Positions 63,176 to 64,000 of a stretch of DNA of 64,000 nucleotides are shown one piece after another. Made by a program: the position numbers and the translations under genes. Position 1 is the first letter of the stretch. The number at the start of each line of letters is the position of its first letter. Origin of the DNA: a bacterium. Lineage in GTDB: Bacteria > SAR324 > XYD2-FULL-50-16 > G965216635. Location of the stretch: positions 1,088,001-1,152,000 of the forward strand of contig OZ244188.1 in assembly GCA_965216635.1 (NCBI GenBank). Direction: 5' to 3'. Below the pieces are notes generated by a model. The model worked only from the letters and a program-made list of their open reading frames with translations. It was not told the origin of the DNA and did not search any database.

Positions 63176-64000
63176 TCAATCTAGGAAACCCTGCAATACA
63201 TTGACTGTGTTTATTCCAATTTCTTTTACAGCGTAGCCTCCTTCCATCACAAAGAGAGTAGGTATTTTTAAACGAGCTAAAGAATGACCATAAGTTAAAA
63301 AATCATCTTCGCTGAGTTTAAAAAAACTAATAGGGTCTTTTTCAAAGGTATCTGTGCCTAAAGAAACGATTAAAAAATCTGGTTTGTAGTTTTGAATTTT
63401 TTTGAAGGCTTGTTCTAAAGTTTGATTCCAAATACTAAAAGTAGTGTTTGGAGCCAGCGGATAATTGGCATTAAAACCTTCGCCTTGCTCTTTTCCGCAT
63501 TCGTCGGCATAGCCTGAAAAATGTGGGAACGCCAGCCTCGGTTCTCCGTGAAGAGATAAAAAGAAAGCATCACTGCGTTCATAAAAAATATCCTGTGTGC
63601 CATTGCCATGATGAAAATCTACATCTAAAATAGCTACTTTAGACGCCCCTTTTTCTAAAAAACCCTGAGCTGCAATAGCTGCATTATTCAAAAAGCAGTA
63701 ACCTCCGTAGAGGTCTTTGGCTGCGTGGTGTCCCGGTGGACGGCACAGAGCAAAGGCTACATTTGCTCCATCGGAAATTGTTTTTTGAGCAGATAAAGCA
63801 ACCGCTGCGCTTACTTGAGCTGCTTCCCAAGTGCCAGCAGTGATAGTCGTATCTATAGCCATACAATAAAAACCAAGTTTTCCTTCTATATGTTCTGGCT
63901 CTTTTTGCCTCATCCTTCTTGCAGGGATAGCTGTAGGCAGGGCGCCTTCCGAGTAGCCTTCTTGTTGCCACAGCTTCCAAGCATTTTTAATAAAATGAAT
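63176..64000 (-). CDS. Histone deacetylase family / acetylpolyamine amidohydrolase (5' end outside window)
   Basis: RPPGHHA, GGYCFLNN, DVDFHHGNGTQ, MEGGY; frame is open to the window edge. Confidence 0.92.
   Translation of the reverse strand: MHFIKNAWKLWQQEGYSEGALPTAIPARRMRQKEPEHIEGKLGFYCMAIDTTITAGTWEAAQVSAAVALSAQKTISDGANVAFALCRPPGHHAAKDLYGGYCFLNNAAIAAQGFLEKGASKVAILDVDFHHGNGTQDIFYERSDAFFLSLHGEPRLAFPHFSGYADECGKEQGEGFNANYPLAPNTTFSIWNQTLEQAFKKIQNYKPDFLIVSLGTDTFEKDPISFFKLSEDDFLTYGHSLARLKIPTLFVMEGGYAVKEIGINTVNVLQGFLD

Overview
AT-rich chromosomal window from a Gram-negative bacterium. The MurE DNPR motif, the TPS adhesins and the DHPS catabolism genes suggest a marine and possibly host-associated organism; the lineage cannot be fixed from sequence alone. 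(1) 1-20.8 kb: four tandem filamentous-haemagglutinin-like (TpsA) genes, arranged as a duplicated two-gene unit. They are mosaics built from shuffled ~60-bp repeat modules, and no TpsB or immunity gene is in view. (2) 21-35 kb: an FAD oxidoreductase, an unusual loop-expanded outer-membrane barrel, nuoABCD followed directly by a dGTPase, hemF, a PHP histidinol phosphatase, gyrB (apparently ATT-initiated) and riboflavin synthase. (3) 34.9-53.8 kb: a co-oriented organosulfonate island. hpsO lies at one end and hpsKLM-hpsP-hpsN-suyAB (DHPS to sulfolactate to pyruvate + sulfite) at the other. Between them is an uncharacterised 10-gene block: two tandem-SnoaL proteins, a bicupin, a MetE/EaCoMT-like Zn enzyme, an alpha/beta hydrolase, an RraA-like aldolase and a sugar-type ABC transporter. 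(4) 54-64 kb: housekeeping genes (SDR, GldA/GldF-like ABC, mazG, rbgA, murE, mgtE, rpoZ, YfgM-like, deacetylase). Intergenic space throughout carries a modular MITE-like palindromic family with TAGAC/GAGAC...GTCTA/GTCTC ends and mostly 5-bp target duplications; one filled/empty site pair is visible inside the window. All product calls come from motif recognition, not database searches.
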